A DNA stretch of 54,899 nt, taken from assembly GCA_038209745.1 (NCBI GenBank), contig JBBQXJ010000026.1, positions 1-54,899 on the forward strand, given 5' to 3'. The notes under the pieces are model-generated. The model did not search any database, was not told where the DNA came from, and saw only the letters and a list, made by a program, of their open reading frames with translations. The position numbers and the translations under genes were made by a program. Every line of letters begins with the position of its first letter. Position 1 is the first letter of the stretch. This DNA is from Verrucomicrobiota bacterium (GTDB lineage Bacteria > Verrucomicrobiota > Verrucomicrobiia > Limisphaerales > CANJSG01). Positions 1 through 9,116 of the stretch are shown one piece after another.

Positions 1-520
1 CCTCAACCTGCCGGTCGTCATGACCGGCGTCGCCGTCAGAAACGCGGTTCCGACCGTCATGGTTAGCATCGTCGATGGCCAGAAGATCAAGGATCATCTG
101 GCGGACGCGGGTGGTGTCACCGTCAGCCTCGGTGCTGATACGGCCACCAGCCTCGGTCGCGCCAACTACGGCAAGGGTGCGAGCGACATCGTCTACGGAA
201 TCGTCGTTCCTCAGCCTGGTGTGTATCCCATGCGCGCTGTCTGGTTCCAAGGCGGCGGCGGCGGCAACGCCGAGTGGGCCAGCATCCAGCCCGACGGCAC
301 GAAGATCCTCGTCAACGACACGGCCACCCCGGGCTACGTCAAGGCCTTCCGGGCCCGCACTGCGGTGAATCGTCCGACCATCGCCATCGCTGGCGCGTCC
401 ATCACCTACAGCGGCACGCTGCAGTCCAGCGCCACGGTCAACGGCACCTTCACCGATGTGGCCGGCGCTTCCTCGCCCTACGCCGTGACCGCGACCGGGT
501 TCTACCGGACGCGCAACTGA
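1..520 (+). CDS. 3' part of a large secreted protein (PA14-like segment plus short C-terminal beta domain); 5'-truncated by window edge
   Basis: Frame is open from position 2. 'PQPGVYPMRAVWFQGGGGGNAEW' resembles PA14-like segments; ends 'GTLQSSATVNGTFTDVAGASSPY...FYRTRN', a tail typical of verrucomicrobial secreted proteins. Confidence 0.7.
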   Translation, partial: LNLPVVMTGVAVRNAVPTVMVSIVDGQKIKDHLADAGGVTVSLGADTATSLGRANYGKGASDIVYGIVVPQPGVYPMRAVWFQGGGGGNAEWASIQPDGTKILVNDTATPGYVKAFRARTAVNRPTIAIAGASITYSGTLQSSATVNGTFTDVAGASSPYAVTATGFYRTRN

Positions 521-545
521 TCCAGCAGTAGGATCCAACAGTCAC

Positions 546-578
546 AAAGACCGGGCTTCGGCCCGGTCTTTTTTGTTT
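546..578 (+). terminator. Rho-independent terminator
   Basis: AAAGACCGGGC-TTCG-GCCCGGTCTTT perfect stem followed by a T-tract, 25 nt after the stop codon. Confidence 0.9.
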
Positions 579-640
579 CCGGGTTGGCCCCGCAGCCCGA
601 TCTGAATCGCGAAACACTACGAGGCAGGTCAATGGTTTGA

Positions 641-1630
641 GGGGACTTCCAGAAACTCGATTTTCCAGAAAAGAAATAGCCGTTGAAATTGAGCAGGCGG
701 GGCGGGGTTTTCGTCCAGGAGCGCGTGTCTGAAACCATTCGTCCCGTTGAGCTTTCCTTCTTCTCCCGGACCGAGCGCCTGGACCGGATTTCCCGGCAGC
801 GCGATCCGTTGGAACGGCTCAACGCGGTGATCGACTGGCAGATTTTCCAACTCGTGCTGGATCGGGTCTTCCCGGCCTATCCGCGCCTGTTCCGGTGCAA
901 AATTCTGGTTCTCCAGCGGCTGTACCAACTCTCCGACGAGGCCACGCAGTTTCAGATTCTGGACCGTCTTTCCTTCCAGCGTTTCCTGGGCCTGAACCTG
1001 GCCGATCCCGTCCCCGACCGGAAAACGGTGCGCGAGTTCCGCGAGGCCCTGCAAAAGGCCCGGGCGTTTGCGTCCCTGTTCGAGGTTTTCAGCTCTTATC
1101 TGGCCGGCTAGGGACTCCTGCCCAAAGAAAGGGTGATGGTGGACGCGAGCTTCGTCGAAGTGCCCCGGCAACGGAACACGCGCGAGGAGAGCGCCCCGGT
1201 CAAGAGCGGCCAGACCCCGGCGGACTGGAGCGCCAAAAAGGCGTGCGCGGAAGGGCCCTCAACGAAGCGGAGAACCGCGAAATTTCCAGCACCCGGGCGC
1301 GGGTTGAACACCCCTTTGCGGTCATGAGCGGCCAGGCCGGGCGCATCTTCCTGCGCGACATCGGCCGGGCCCGCAACCCGGAGGCCATCCAGATGAAGAA
1401 CCTCTGCTACAACCTCAAACGCTATGAGACGATCCTGCGCCTCAAACTTCATCCGCTCGCCGCCTGAGGCGCGGCTGCCAAAACGCCTTCGCCAGGCCTC
1501 TGAAAGACCTTCCGGCCTTTCGCGGGACCCACCGCTGCATTCCACCGGGCCGCAGCCGGCCATCGCCTTTGCGTTCCAATTTCCATTTCCAACGGCCCGC
1601 TTCCAAAAAGCTCGGTTTTTGGAAGTCCCC
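641..1630 (+). mobile_element. Degenerate IS5-family insertion sequence (~990 bp)
   Basis: Terminal inverted repeats GGGGACTTCCAGAAAC (641) and GTTTTTGGAAGTCCCC (ends 1630) enclose transposase fragments. Confidence 0.85.
683..1467 (+). pseudogene. IS5-family transposase pseudogene
   Basis: Motifs 'LQRLYQLSDEATQFQILDRLSFQRFLGL..DPVPDRKT', 'MVDASFVEVPRQRNTREE' and 'RARVEHPF...NLCYNLKR' are split by an in-frame TAG (1109-1111) and a frameshift/internal deletion. Confidence 0.85.
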
Positions 1631-1825
1631 TTGGGTTTCCAGTGCCGTGAGTTTCGCACTGCTGCCGGGTTGCTTCATCCCAACTCGATTGGGTCCTCCG
1701 ACTGGATCTGGACATTCTCTTCTGCAACCGTCTCATTCTTCCTCACCCGGAATTAATCACACCCGCTTCGCTCCCGGCCCAAAATCCCCGCTCGCCAAAA
1801 CGGTCGGATCGGGCATCTTCGCGCC

Positions 1826-3775
1826 ATGAAGCCGGAGCTGGAGGTCATTCAAAGAGTCGTGGCGAGCGCGCGTCTGCGCCTGCGCCGGCAGCGGGGGCTC
1901 AATCTCCTCGGTCGAGTCCTTTTCTGCGGGACCCTGGCTTGGGCCGTTCTGCTCATCGCCTACAAACTCCTCCCAGTTCCCCCCGGGATCGTCGCGTGGT
2001 CCGGATTGGCCGTCTTGGTGGCCGCTGCGGTCGGCTGGTCGGTGGGATTCCTGCGCGGCTTGCCCGATGCCGTCGTGGCGCGGCAGGTCGATGCCATGGC
2101 GAAGTTGAAGGACCGCGTCTCCACCGCCATCGAAATCCGCGACACCTCCTCGGAATGGGCCCGGCTGCAGCTGGCCGACGCCGCCGCCAAGGTGAAGGAT
2201 CTCCATGGAGCCCGGCTCTTTCCTGTCCGGCTCCATCGGACTTTCAGCCGCAGTCTTCCCGCGTTGCTTGTGGCCGCGATTCTCACGTTCGTTCCCGAAT
2301 ACCGCACCGCCGCCCATCAGCAGGCGCGGACGGACAGGGCGGTGTTGAAGGATGTCGGCGCGAATCTCGCCCAAGTGCTCAAGCACGAGACCGAGAAGCC
2401 CGTCGAGAAGATGTCCGACACCGTCAACGGCATCGAAGGCGCCATCGATCTGGCCAAGGAAATCGAAAAGGCGAAGCTGACCCGCGCCGACGCCTTGAAA
2501 GAGCTCTCGAGCGTGCAGAAGAAGCTGGAAGACCAGGCCCGCGAGCTCGGCAAGACCCCCGGCCTGAAGCCGCTCCAACAGGCCGCCAAACAATCCCAAG
2601 GCAAGTCGCCGACCGGCGATTCAGAGATGCAGAAGAAGCTGGCGGAGGCCCAGAAGGCGATGGACAAGCAGGGCCAGTCGATGGAGGACGCGCTCGACCA
2701 GATGAAGAAGGAGATGGAGAAGGCCAAGGAAGCCGGAGCCGGCATGGCCAGCAACGAATCGGGCATGACACCGGAGGCGAAACAGCAGATGGCCCAGCAG
2801 CTCGCCGAAATGGCGAAGCAAGCCCAGGCGATGGGCGCGTCGCTGCCCGACCTCGAAGCCGCCATCCAGGCCCTAAAGAACAGCCAGCCCGACGCCTTTC
2901 TGCGCGACATGAATTCCGCGCTGAACGATCTGGAGAAGCTGCAGGAAATGGCCAAGGCCATTGCCGAAGCCGAGAAGATGTCCACCCAGGAACAGGCCAA
3001 GACCTTGGCCGAGCAGCTGCAGAAAGGGCAGTTCCAGGCGGCCCGTGAAACCCTCGACAAGATGTCCGAGCAGCTGAAAAAGGGGCAGATCAGCCAGGAC
3101 GAGATGGAGAAGATGCTGGCCGAGGTGGCCAAGGCCGCGAAACCCGGCGACAAGTTCGGCAAGGTTGGCGAGATGTTGAAAAAAGCCGCGTCCGAGATGA
3201 AGGCCGGCAACAAGGGCGAAGGCGGCAAACAGCTCGCCGCCGCGTCCGAGGAGCTCAAGCGCCTGCTTGACCAGATGGGCGACATGGACGCGTTGGAAGC
3301 CAGCCTCGATGCTTTGAGCCGGGCCCAGATGGCCCTCGCCACCGGCAAGAGTTGGGGCCAGTGCAACAACCCCGGAAAAGGACGCCCGAAGATGGGCAAA
3401 GGCGGAAAAGCCGGACCCGGAGTGGGAACCTGGGAACCCGAGGGCGGCTACCTCTACTATCCCGAAATGTCGGAGCTCTATGACTACAGCGACATGCAGC
3501 GCCCCGATATGGAAGGGAAGGGCCTGACCGATCGCGGTGGCGGCGAACTGGCCGCCGGCCTGAATCCCACCAAATTGAACGGCCAGATGAGTCCCGGTGG
3601 CCCGATGCCCAGCATCACGCTCAAGGGCGTCAGCATCAAAGGCACGAGCAAGTTGAAAGTGCAGGAAGCCGTGACCGCCGCCCAGAGCGAGGCCCGCGCC
3701 GCCATCAGCGACGAAAAGGTGCCCCGCGCTTATCGCGGTGCCGTCCGCGACTACTTCGACGATCTGAAGGAGTAG
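1826..3775 (+). CDS. Membrane-anchored coiled-coil protein (DUF4175-like)
   Basis: 649 aa; N-terminal TM helices, 'LKDRVSTAIE' motif, long Q/E/K/M-rich coiled coil, Gly-rich linker, C-terminal 'VPRAYRGAVRDYF'. Confidence 0.75.
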   Translation: MKPELEVIQRVVASARLRLRRQRGLNLLGRVLFCGTLAWAVLLIAYKLLPVPPGIVAWSGLAVLVAAAVGWSVGFLRGLPDAVVARQVDAMAKLKDRVSTAIEIRDTSSEWARLQLADAAAKVKDLHGARLFPVRLHRTFSRSLPALLVAAILTFVPEYRTAAHQQARTDRAVLKDVGANLAQVLKHETEKPVEKMSDTVNGIEGAIDLAKEIEKAKLTRADALKELSSVQKKLEDQARELGKTPGLKPLQQAAKQSQGKSPTGDSEMQKKLAEAQKAMDKQGQSMEDALDQMKKEMEKAKEAGAGMASNESGMTPEAKQQMAQQLAEMAKQAQAMGASLPDLEAAIQALKNSQPDAFLRDMNSALNDLEKLQEMAKAIAEAEKMSTQEQAKTLAEQLQKGQFQAARETLDKMSEQLKKGQISQDEMEKMLAEVAKAAKPGDKFGKVGEMLKKAASEMKAGNKGEGGKQLAAASEELKRLLDQMGDMDALEASLDALSRAQMALATGKSWGQCNNPGKGRPKMGKGGKAGPGVGTWEPEGGYLYYPEMSELYDYSDMQRPDMEGKGLTDRGGGELAAGLNPTKLNGQMSPGGPMPSITLKGVSIKGTSKLKVQEAVTAAQSEARAAISDEKVPRAYRGAVRDYFDDLKE

Positions 3776-3800
3776 ACGCGACGTCCATTGCTGACGAATC

Positions 3801-3830
3801 GAGCCCGCGATTGGCGCGGGCTCTTTTCTT
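3801..3830 (+). terminator. Rho-independent terminator
   Basis: GAGCCCGCG-ATTGG-CGCGGGCTC then TTTTCTT, between convergent genes. Confidence 0.8.
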
Positions 3831-3835
3831 GCGCT

Positions 3836-6800
3836 CTACTGCCGGAGCGCTTCGCCCGTCCGGCTCTTGGAGACGGACATGATTTCTTCCGGGGTTCCTT
3901 CCGCCACCACCCGGCCACCCTCATCGCCGGCGTCGGGGCCGAGATCGATCACCCAATCGGCGGAACGGATGACGTCGAGGTTGTGCTCGACGACCAGCAC
4001 CGAGTGGCCGGCGTCGACGATCCGCTGGAAAACACCGATCAGGATTCGCACGTCCTCGAAGTGCAGACCCGTCGTTGGTTCGTCGAAGAGGAACAAGGTC
4101 GGTTTGTCGGACTTGCTGGCACGGGACTCGAAGTCCGCGAGATGCCGGACGAGCTTGAGCCGTTGGCTTTCGCCGCCGGACAGGGTGTTGATCGGCTGAC
4201 CCAGGCGAAGGTAGCCGAGGCCGATGTCCTGGAGCAGGGCGAAACTCTTGCGGGCGCGGAGGACGGACTTCGCAGCCGGCAATCCGTCGAGGAAGCCGAT
4301 GGCGTTGTCCACGGTGGCGTCGAGCAGGTCGGCGATGGACCATTCGAGCGCGGAGGGATTCGCGATGCGGGATTCCTGATGCCCGATGGAGGACAGTTTC
4401 ACCTCCAGGATGTGGCCTCGATAACGGCGGCCGTCGCAGTCGGGGCAGCGGACGAAGACGTCGCTGAGGAACTGCATCTCGATCTTCTCGAAGCCCGCGC
4501 CGCGGCAGCGTTCGCACTGGCCCTGAGCCGAGTTGAAGCTGAAGGCGCTGGCGTTCAAGCCGCGCTGCTGGGCCAGATCCGTCTGGGCGAAGAGTTCGCG
4601 TAGGTCTTCGAAGGCACCGATGTAGACGGCGGGATTGGAGCGCGGGGTTCGGCCGAGAGCCGTTTGATCGACGAGAACGACACGACCCAGTGCTTCGTGG
4701 CCGCTCAAAGTCGCGCTGGTAACGAGAGAGTCCTTTTCCCCATCGGAGTCTTTTTCTTTGTCGTCGTCCGAGGTGGAAGCCGGGGCGTCTTCCTCGCGGC
4801 CGAGCCGTTCCTCCAACAGAGGCATCAGAATGTCGCGGATCAACGTGCTCTTGCCCGAGCCGCTGACGCCGCTGACGCAGACGAAGCTCTGGAGCGGAAT
4901 CTCGACGGTGACATCGTGAAGGTTGTGGCGAGTCGCGTGCGCCAAAGTCAGGCGCGGAACACCGGGCTTGCCGCTGATGGGGCGGTGCTTCGGCTGGGCG
5001 GCGGATTTGCGGCCGGAAAGGTAGTCGGCGGTGAGGGAGGCCGTAGGCCGGGCATCCGTGTCCGGCGAGTTGCCGTTTCCGACTTTGCGGGACTTGCCGG
5101 GCAGGGATGCCCGGCCTACGGGGCGCAACATTTCATCCAGCGTTCCTTGGAAGACCAGGTCGCCACCGGATTCGCCGTGGCCGGGTCCGAGATCGATGAT
5201 CTGGTCGGCCGCGCGCATGACGTTCGACTCGTGTTCCACGACGACGACGGTGTTGCCCTGATCGCGCAGGCGATGAAGGACCTTTACCAATCGATCCGTG
5301 TCGCGGGGATGGAGGCCGACGCTGGGTTCGTCGAGGACGAAGAGCGTATTGACCAAGCGGGAACCGAGACAGGAAGTGAGGTTCACGCGCGCCGTTTCGC
5401 CGCCGGACAAGGTGCGCGTGGCTCGATCAAGCGTGAGGTAGCCGAGCCCGACCTCGTCAAGATAGCCAAGGCGCGCGCTGACTTCCTGAAGGGCGAGGGC
5501 GAGCGGGTCGTTGGCGGAAGCGCGGTGCTGAGCGGCCAGTGCATCGACGAGACCCAGCGCGTCGCGGACGGGCAGCAGATAAAAGTCGGACAGCGTGATC
5601 TGCGATTTCTGATTTCTGATTTCTGATTTTCGAGCTGTCGTCTCCGGGGCTGCGTCACCCTGGGCAAGGGAGTCCGTTCGAATGTTTCCGCCAAACCCCT
5701 CACCGTGCCCTCTCCCCGTCCGACTGGGAGAGGGTGGCCGTAGGCCGGGTGAGGGCTTTTCAATCGGAATTCCAAAATCGGCAATCGGCAATCGGAACAA
5801 CAGTGCTTCCGGCTGGAACCGTTGGCCGTCGCAGGTCGGGCATTTCGTGTAGGCGCGATAACGGGAGAGGAGCACGCGAACGTGCATTTTGTAGGCCTTT
5901 GATTCGAGCCAGCGGAAGTAGCCCTTCACGCCATACCACGCGTTGGGCCATTCGTGTTCCTTGTCCTTGCCGTAGCCGGGATCGCCGTCGACGACCCAGC
6001 GCTGCCATTTCTCGGGCAGGTCTCGGAAGGGGACGTTCAGCGGACACTTGTTTCGACCCGCCTCGTTCAGCATGTCGTTCTGGCACTGTTTACCGGTCTC
6101 GGTCTGCCATGGTTTGACCGCGCCCTCGGCCAGCGTCTTGGAGCGGTCGGGAATGGCGAGGTCGTAGTCGATCGTGATGATCCGGCCAAAGCCCTTGCAC
6201 TCGGGGCAGGCTCCGACGGGATGGTTGAAGCTGAAGAGCGCGGCGGTGGGTTCGCGGTAGTCGAGGTCGCAAAGGGCGCAGTGGAACCGATTGCTGAAGA
6301 GGAGCGGCTTTTCCTTGTTTGCACCCATGAAACGCACGGACACTTTGCCGTGGCCGAAGTGGAAGGCCTGTTCGCAGGCTTCGGTGAAACGGGCGCGGCT
6401 GGAAGCGGCGAGCTTGATTCGGTCCTGGATGACATCGATGCCGCTGGAGTGATCCCGGATGCCGGATGCCGGATGCTCGACAAGGGCGGCGGCGTCCTCG
6501 ATGCGAACGGGTTGGCCGTCGATCAGCAGTCGTTGGAAACCCTGCTTGGCCACGAGGGCTAGCTGTTCGGCGACGGAAAGTTTTTCCGAGAGGGTGAGAT
6601 GGAAGGTGAGGAGCGCTTCACGGAGGCCGGAGGCCGGAGGCCGGATACCCGATCCCTGATCCCCGATCCCTGATGCCGGATCTCTCAGAGAGCTCGGCTG
6701 ATCCCGGAGCTCCATCGCCGCGTAGCGGCTGCTGCCTTCATCCGGCATCGGGTATCCGGCATCGGGTGTCGTTTTGGTCAGCTTCTCCCAGATCGTCTGC

Positions 6801-7213
6801 GGCGAATCCTTCCGCACCGGCTGTCCGCACTTCCGGCAATACAGCGTGCTGACGTGCGGCCACAGCACCTTCATGTAGTCGCAGATCTCCGTCATCGTGC
6901 CGACGGTGGAGCGGGTGGAGCGGACGGCGTTGCGCTGCTCGATGGCGATGGCCGGAGGGATGCCCTCGATGCTGTCCACGGCCGGCTTGTCCATCCGGTC
7001 GAAAAACTGGCGGGCATACGGCGAAAAGGTCTCCACATAGCGGCGCTGGCCCTCGGCGAAGAGCGTGTCGAAGGCGAGGGAGCTCTTGCCGGAACCGCTC
7101 AATCCCGTGACCACGATCAGCTTCCGGAAGGGAAGATCGAGGTCGAGATTCTTGAGGTTGTTCTGGCGGGCGCCGCGGATGCGGATGCACGCCGGCGCGG
7201 CCGGTTTCGACAT
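3836..7213 (-). CDS. uvrA: Excinuclease ABC subunit A (UvrA family) with repeat-derived in-frame insertions
   Basis: 'GARQNNLKN', two Walker A motifs (GLSGSGKSS, GVSGSGKST), two LSGGE signatures, CxxC zinc fingers, 'DEPTTGLH', 'DWVIDLGP..GDEGG'. Confidence 0.95.
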   Translation of the reverse strand: MSKPAAPACIRIRGARQNNLKNLDLDLPFRKLIVVTGLSGSGKSSLAFDTLFAEGQRRYVETFSPYARQFFDRMDKPAVDSIEGIPPAIAIEQRNAVRSTRSTVGTMTEICDYMKVLWPHVSTLYCRKCGQPVRKDSPQTIWEKLTKTTPDAGYPMPDEGSSRYAAMELRDQPSSLRDPASGIGDQGSGIRPPASGLREALLTFHLTLSEKLSVAEQLALVAKQGFQRLLIDGQPVRIEDAAALVEHPASGIRDHSSGIDVIQDRIKLAASSRARFTEACEQAFHFGHGKVSVRFMGANKEKPLLFSNRFHCALCDLDYREPTAALFSFNHPVGACPECKGFGRIITIDYDLAIPDRSKTLAEGAVKPWQTETGKQCQNDMLNEAGRNKCPLNVPFRDLPEKWQRWVVDGDPGYGKDKEHEWPNAWYGVKGYFRWLESKAYKMHVRVLLSRYRAYTKCPTCDGQRFQPEALLFRLPIADFGIPIEKPSPGLRPPSPSRTGRGHGEGFGGNIRTDSLAQGDAAPETTARKSEIRNQKSQITLSDFYLLPVRDALGLVDALAAQHRASANDPLALALQEVSARLGYLDEVGLGYLTLDRATRTLSGGETARVNLTSCLGSRLVNTLFVLDEPSVGLHPRDTDRLVKVLHRLRDQGNTVVVVEHESNVMRAADQIIDLGPGHGESGGDLVFQGTLDEMLRPVGRASLPGKSRKVGNGNSPDTDARPTASLTADYLSGRKSAAQPKHRPISGKPGVPRLTLAHATRHNLHDVTVEIPLQSFVCVSGVSGSGKSTLIRDILMPLLEERLGREEDAPASTSDDDKEKDSDGEKDSLVTSATLSGHEALGRVVLVDQTALGRTPRSNPAVYIGAFEDLRELFAQTDLAQQRGLNASAFSFNSAQGQCERCRGAGFEKIEMQFLSDVFVRCPDCDGRRYRGHILEVKLSSIGHQESRIANPSALEWSIADLLDATVDNAIGFLDGLPAAKSVLRARKSFALLQDIGLGYLRLGQPINTLSGGESQRLKLVRHLADFESRASKSDKPTLFLFDEPTTGLHFEDVRILIGVFQRIVDAGHSVLVVEHNLDVIRSADWVIDLGPDAGDEGGRVVAEGTPEEIMSVSKSRTGEALRQ
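5043..5119. repeat. GTAG-type REP doublet (REPIN-like) inside uvrA
   Basis: GTAGGCCGGGCATCCGTGTCCGGC (5043-5066) and an inverted copy (5096-5119, 2 mismatches); each is GTAG plus a hairpin. Confidence 0.8.
5598..5795. repeat. Composite repeat insert in uvrA: opposed heptamer arrays around a CCCTCACC...GGTGAGGG hairpin
   Basis: (TCTGATT)n at ~5598-5630, hairpin at 5696-5755, (CAATCGG)n at 5761-5795. Confidence 0.75.
6621..6769. repeat. Opposed heptamer tandem arrays inside uvrA
   Basis: Nine CGGAGGC/CCGATCC-like units (6621-6683) and four oppositely oriented CCGGCAT/CGGGTAT units (6742-6769); shorter arrays at 6449-6476 and 4355-4389. Confidence 0.75.
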
Positions 7214-7553
7214 TGGGGGCGAAAGCTAGGGGGCGATGCCGGGAGCGTCAACCGGCCGGTCTCCTGTAACGGATCGGGCGTATTCGGCGTTGTTAGTCGG
7301 AAGCGGTGACGTCGTTTTCCGATTGGAAACACGTCGGTTTGCATTCGCCGGTGAGTGCGGCCAATGTTCGGCGCTCCAAGCAGTTGAAACGTCGGGAAAT
7401 CACCATTGAAACGCACTTGTTCAGCCGAGTCGGGCAGAGGGTTCCAAGGTTCCAACGGGACCCGCACCATCCTCTTTCGCCGATTGAGTGGAATAAGCCA
7501 CCGGTCTGATCCGTCTCTCCAACCTCAGAGAATCTCCGCAACCAAAAGCTCCA

Positions 7554-8093
7554 ATGAAAACCCTCAGTTCCTTCCTCGCCGTCGCCGCCACCCTGCTCCT
7601 CGCCGCCTCGCCGCTCCAAGCCCAGCAGCAGCGCAAGAGCCCGCATGAAACCGTCAGCCAGGTCGTGGACGGCGGCCGCGTCACCATCACCTACGGCAGC
7701 CCCTACATGAAGGGCCGAAAGATCTGGGGCGGTCTCGTGCCCTACGGCAAGGCCTGGCGCATGGGAGCCGATGAGGCGACTTCGCTGATCACCCAGAAGC
7801 CCCTCCTGTTCGGCGATACGACCATTCCGGCTGGCGCCTACACCCTCTATTTTGTCCCGAACGAAGACGGATCGGCCAAGCTCGCCTTCTGCAGCGTGCT
7901 CGGCGCCTGGGGCGTGCCCGTCGATGAGAAGAACGACGTGGCCCGCGTGGACGCCAAGAAGAGCGATTCCAACGGTGCGGCCGCGACCGAGCAGTTCACC
8001 GTGGCCATCGACAAGGGTTCGTCCGGCGGGGGAGTGATCAAGTTGATGTGGGAGAAGACCACCTACAGCATTCCGTTCACCGTGAAGAAGTGA
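7554..8093 (+). CDS. DUF2911 domain secreted protein
   Basis: Signal peptide; 'ITYGSPYMKGRKIWGGLVPYGKAWRMGADEAT', 'IPAGAYTLY'. Confidence 0.9.
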   Translation: MKTLSSFLAVAATLLLAASPLQAQQQRKSPHETVSQVVDGGRVTITYGSPYMKGRKIWGGLVPYGKAWRMGADEATSLITQKPLLFGDTTIPAGAYTLYFVPNEDGSAKLAFCSVLGAWGVPVDEKNDVARVDAKKSDSNGAAATEQFTVAIDKGSSGGGVIKLMWEKTTYSIPFTVKK

Positions 8094-8099
8094 GGTCCA

Positions 8100-8162
8100 C
8101 CCCTCACCCGGCCTGACGACCACCCAATCCCCATTGGGCGGGGGTTGGGCCGGGGCGAGGGG
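8100..8162. repeat. CCCTCACCCGG...GAGGGG palindromic repeat, intergenic copy
   Basis: CCCCTCACCCGGCCTGACGACCACCC...GGGGCGAGGGG; similar to the reverse complement of 5696-5755 and to 50572-50632. Confidence 0.65.
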
Positions 8163-8237
8163 CTCCCGCAGCGCGTCCATCGTTTGTCCAGAGTTGAATG
8201 ATTCGTTCCGAAACCGTCTCCCCTACCTTCTCCCAAC

Positions 8238-9116
8238 ATGATTCCGAGATACCTTGGGGCCCGCTTGGCCCTTGCCTGTGGTTTGATCGCGGCCCTCGCC
8301 GGAACCGCCATTGCGGCCGACCTTGAATTTCCCTCGCCCAGCCCCGCCGCCACCGTGAAGCAAAAGGTCGGGCTGACCGACGTCGAGGTCGTCTATTCGC
8401 GACCCGGCGTGAAAGGGCGGAAGATCTTCGGCTCGATGATTCCCTACGGCGAGGTTTGGCGAACCGGCGCCAACGCCGCGACCCGCGTTTCCTTCAGCGC
8501 CGACGTGACGCTCGGCGGAGCCAAGCTGGCGGCCGGTTCCTACGAACTGTTCACCATCCCCGGCAAAACCGAGTGGACGATCGTCGTGCAAAAACTCCCT
8601 GAGAAGGCGTCGTGGGGCGCCTATGCCTACAAGCCCGAGAACGACACGGCTCGCTTCAAGTCCAAGCCGATGAAGACCGGTGCGCCGGTCGAGAGCTTCA
8701 CCATCGGATTCGGCGACCTGCACGATACCGGCGCCACGCTGTTCATAGAATGGGAACGGACCCGAGTGCCCGTGAAGCTGGAAGTCGACACCGTCGGGAT
8801 GCTGACTCCGAAGGTCAAGGAAGCCATCGCCTCGGGCGCACCGCAGACGTGGAACTTCTACTACGGCGCGGCATCCCTGCTCTTCAACAACGGGGGCGAT
8901 TCCCAACAGGCCCTGGCGTGGGTGGATGAATCGATCAAACTGCGCGCAGGCTATCCCGGTACCCTTTTGCTGAAGACCCGGCTTCTGGTGAAGCTCGGTC
9001 GCAAGGACGAGGCCAGGGCGGTCGCGGCCCAGACGGTCGAGAGCGGACTCAAGCTGGAAGGTCCCGACAGCGTGATGGCCCGGCAGGCCAAGGAAATTGC
9101 GAAATCGCTCAAGTGA
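8238..9116 (+). CDS. DUF2911 domain protein with C-terminal TPR-like helices
   Basis: Signal peptide; 'YSRPGVKGRKIFGSMIPYGEVWRTGANAAT'; 'ALAWVDESI...LLVKLGRKDEA'. Confidence 0.9.
   Translation: MIPRYLGARLALACGLIAALAGTAIAADLEFPSPSPAATVKQKVGLTDVEVVYSRPGVKGRKIFGSMIPYGEVWRTGANAATRVSFSADVTLGGAKLAAGSYELFTIPGKTEWTIVVQKLPEKASWGAYAYKPENDTARFKSKPMKTGAPVESFTIGFGDLHDTGATLFIEWERTRVPVKLEVDTVGMLTPKVKEAIASGAPQTWNFYYGAASLLFNNGGDSQQALAWVDESIKLRAGYPGTLLLKTRLLVKLGRKDEARAVAAQTVESGLKLEGPDSVMARQAKEIAKSLK

Noticed and set aside
683..1467. Programmed frameshift or readthrough giving an active transposase
   Set aside because: An in-frame stop plus an apparently missing central catalytic segment indicate decay.
7214..7553. 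LexA/SOS box upstream of uvrA (also checked uvrB and SRAP)
   Set aside because: No TGTTC-N4-GAACA or CTGT-N8-ACAG match found by eye.
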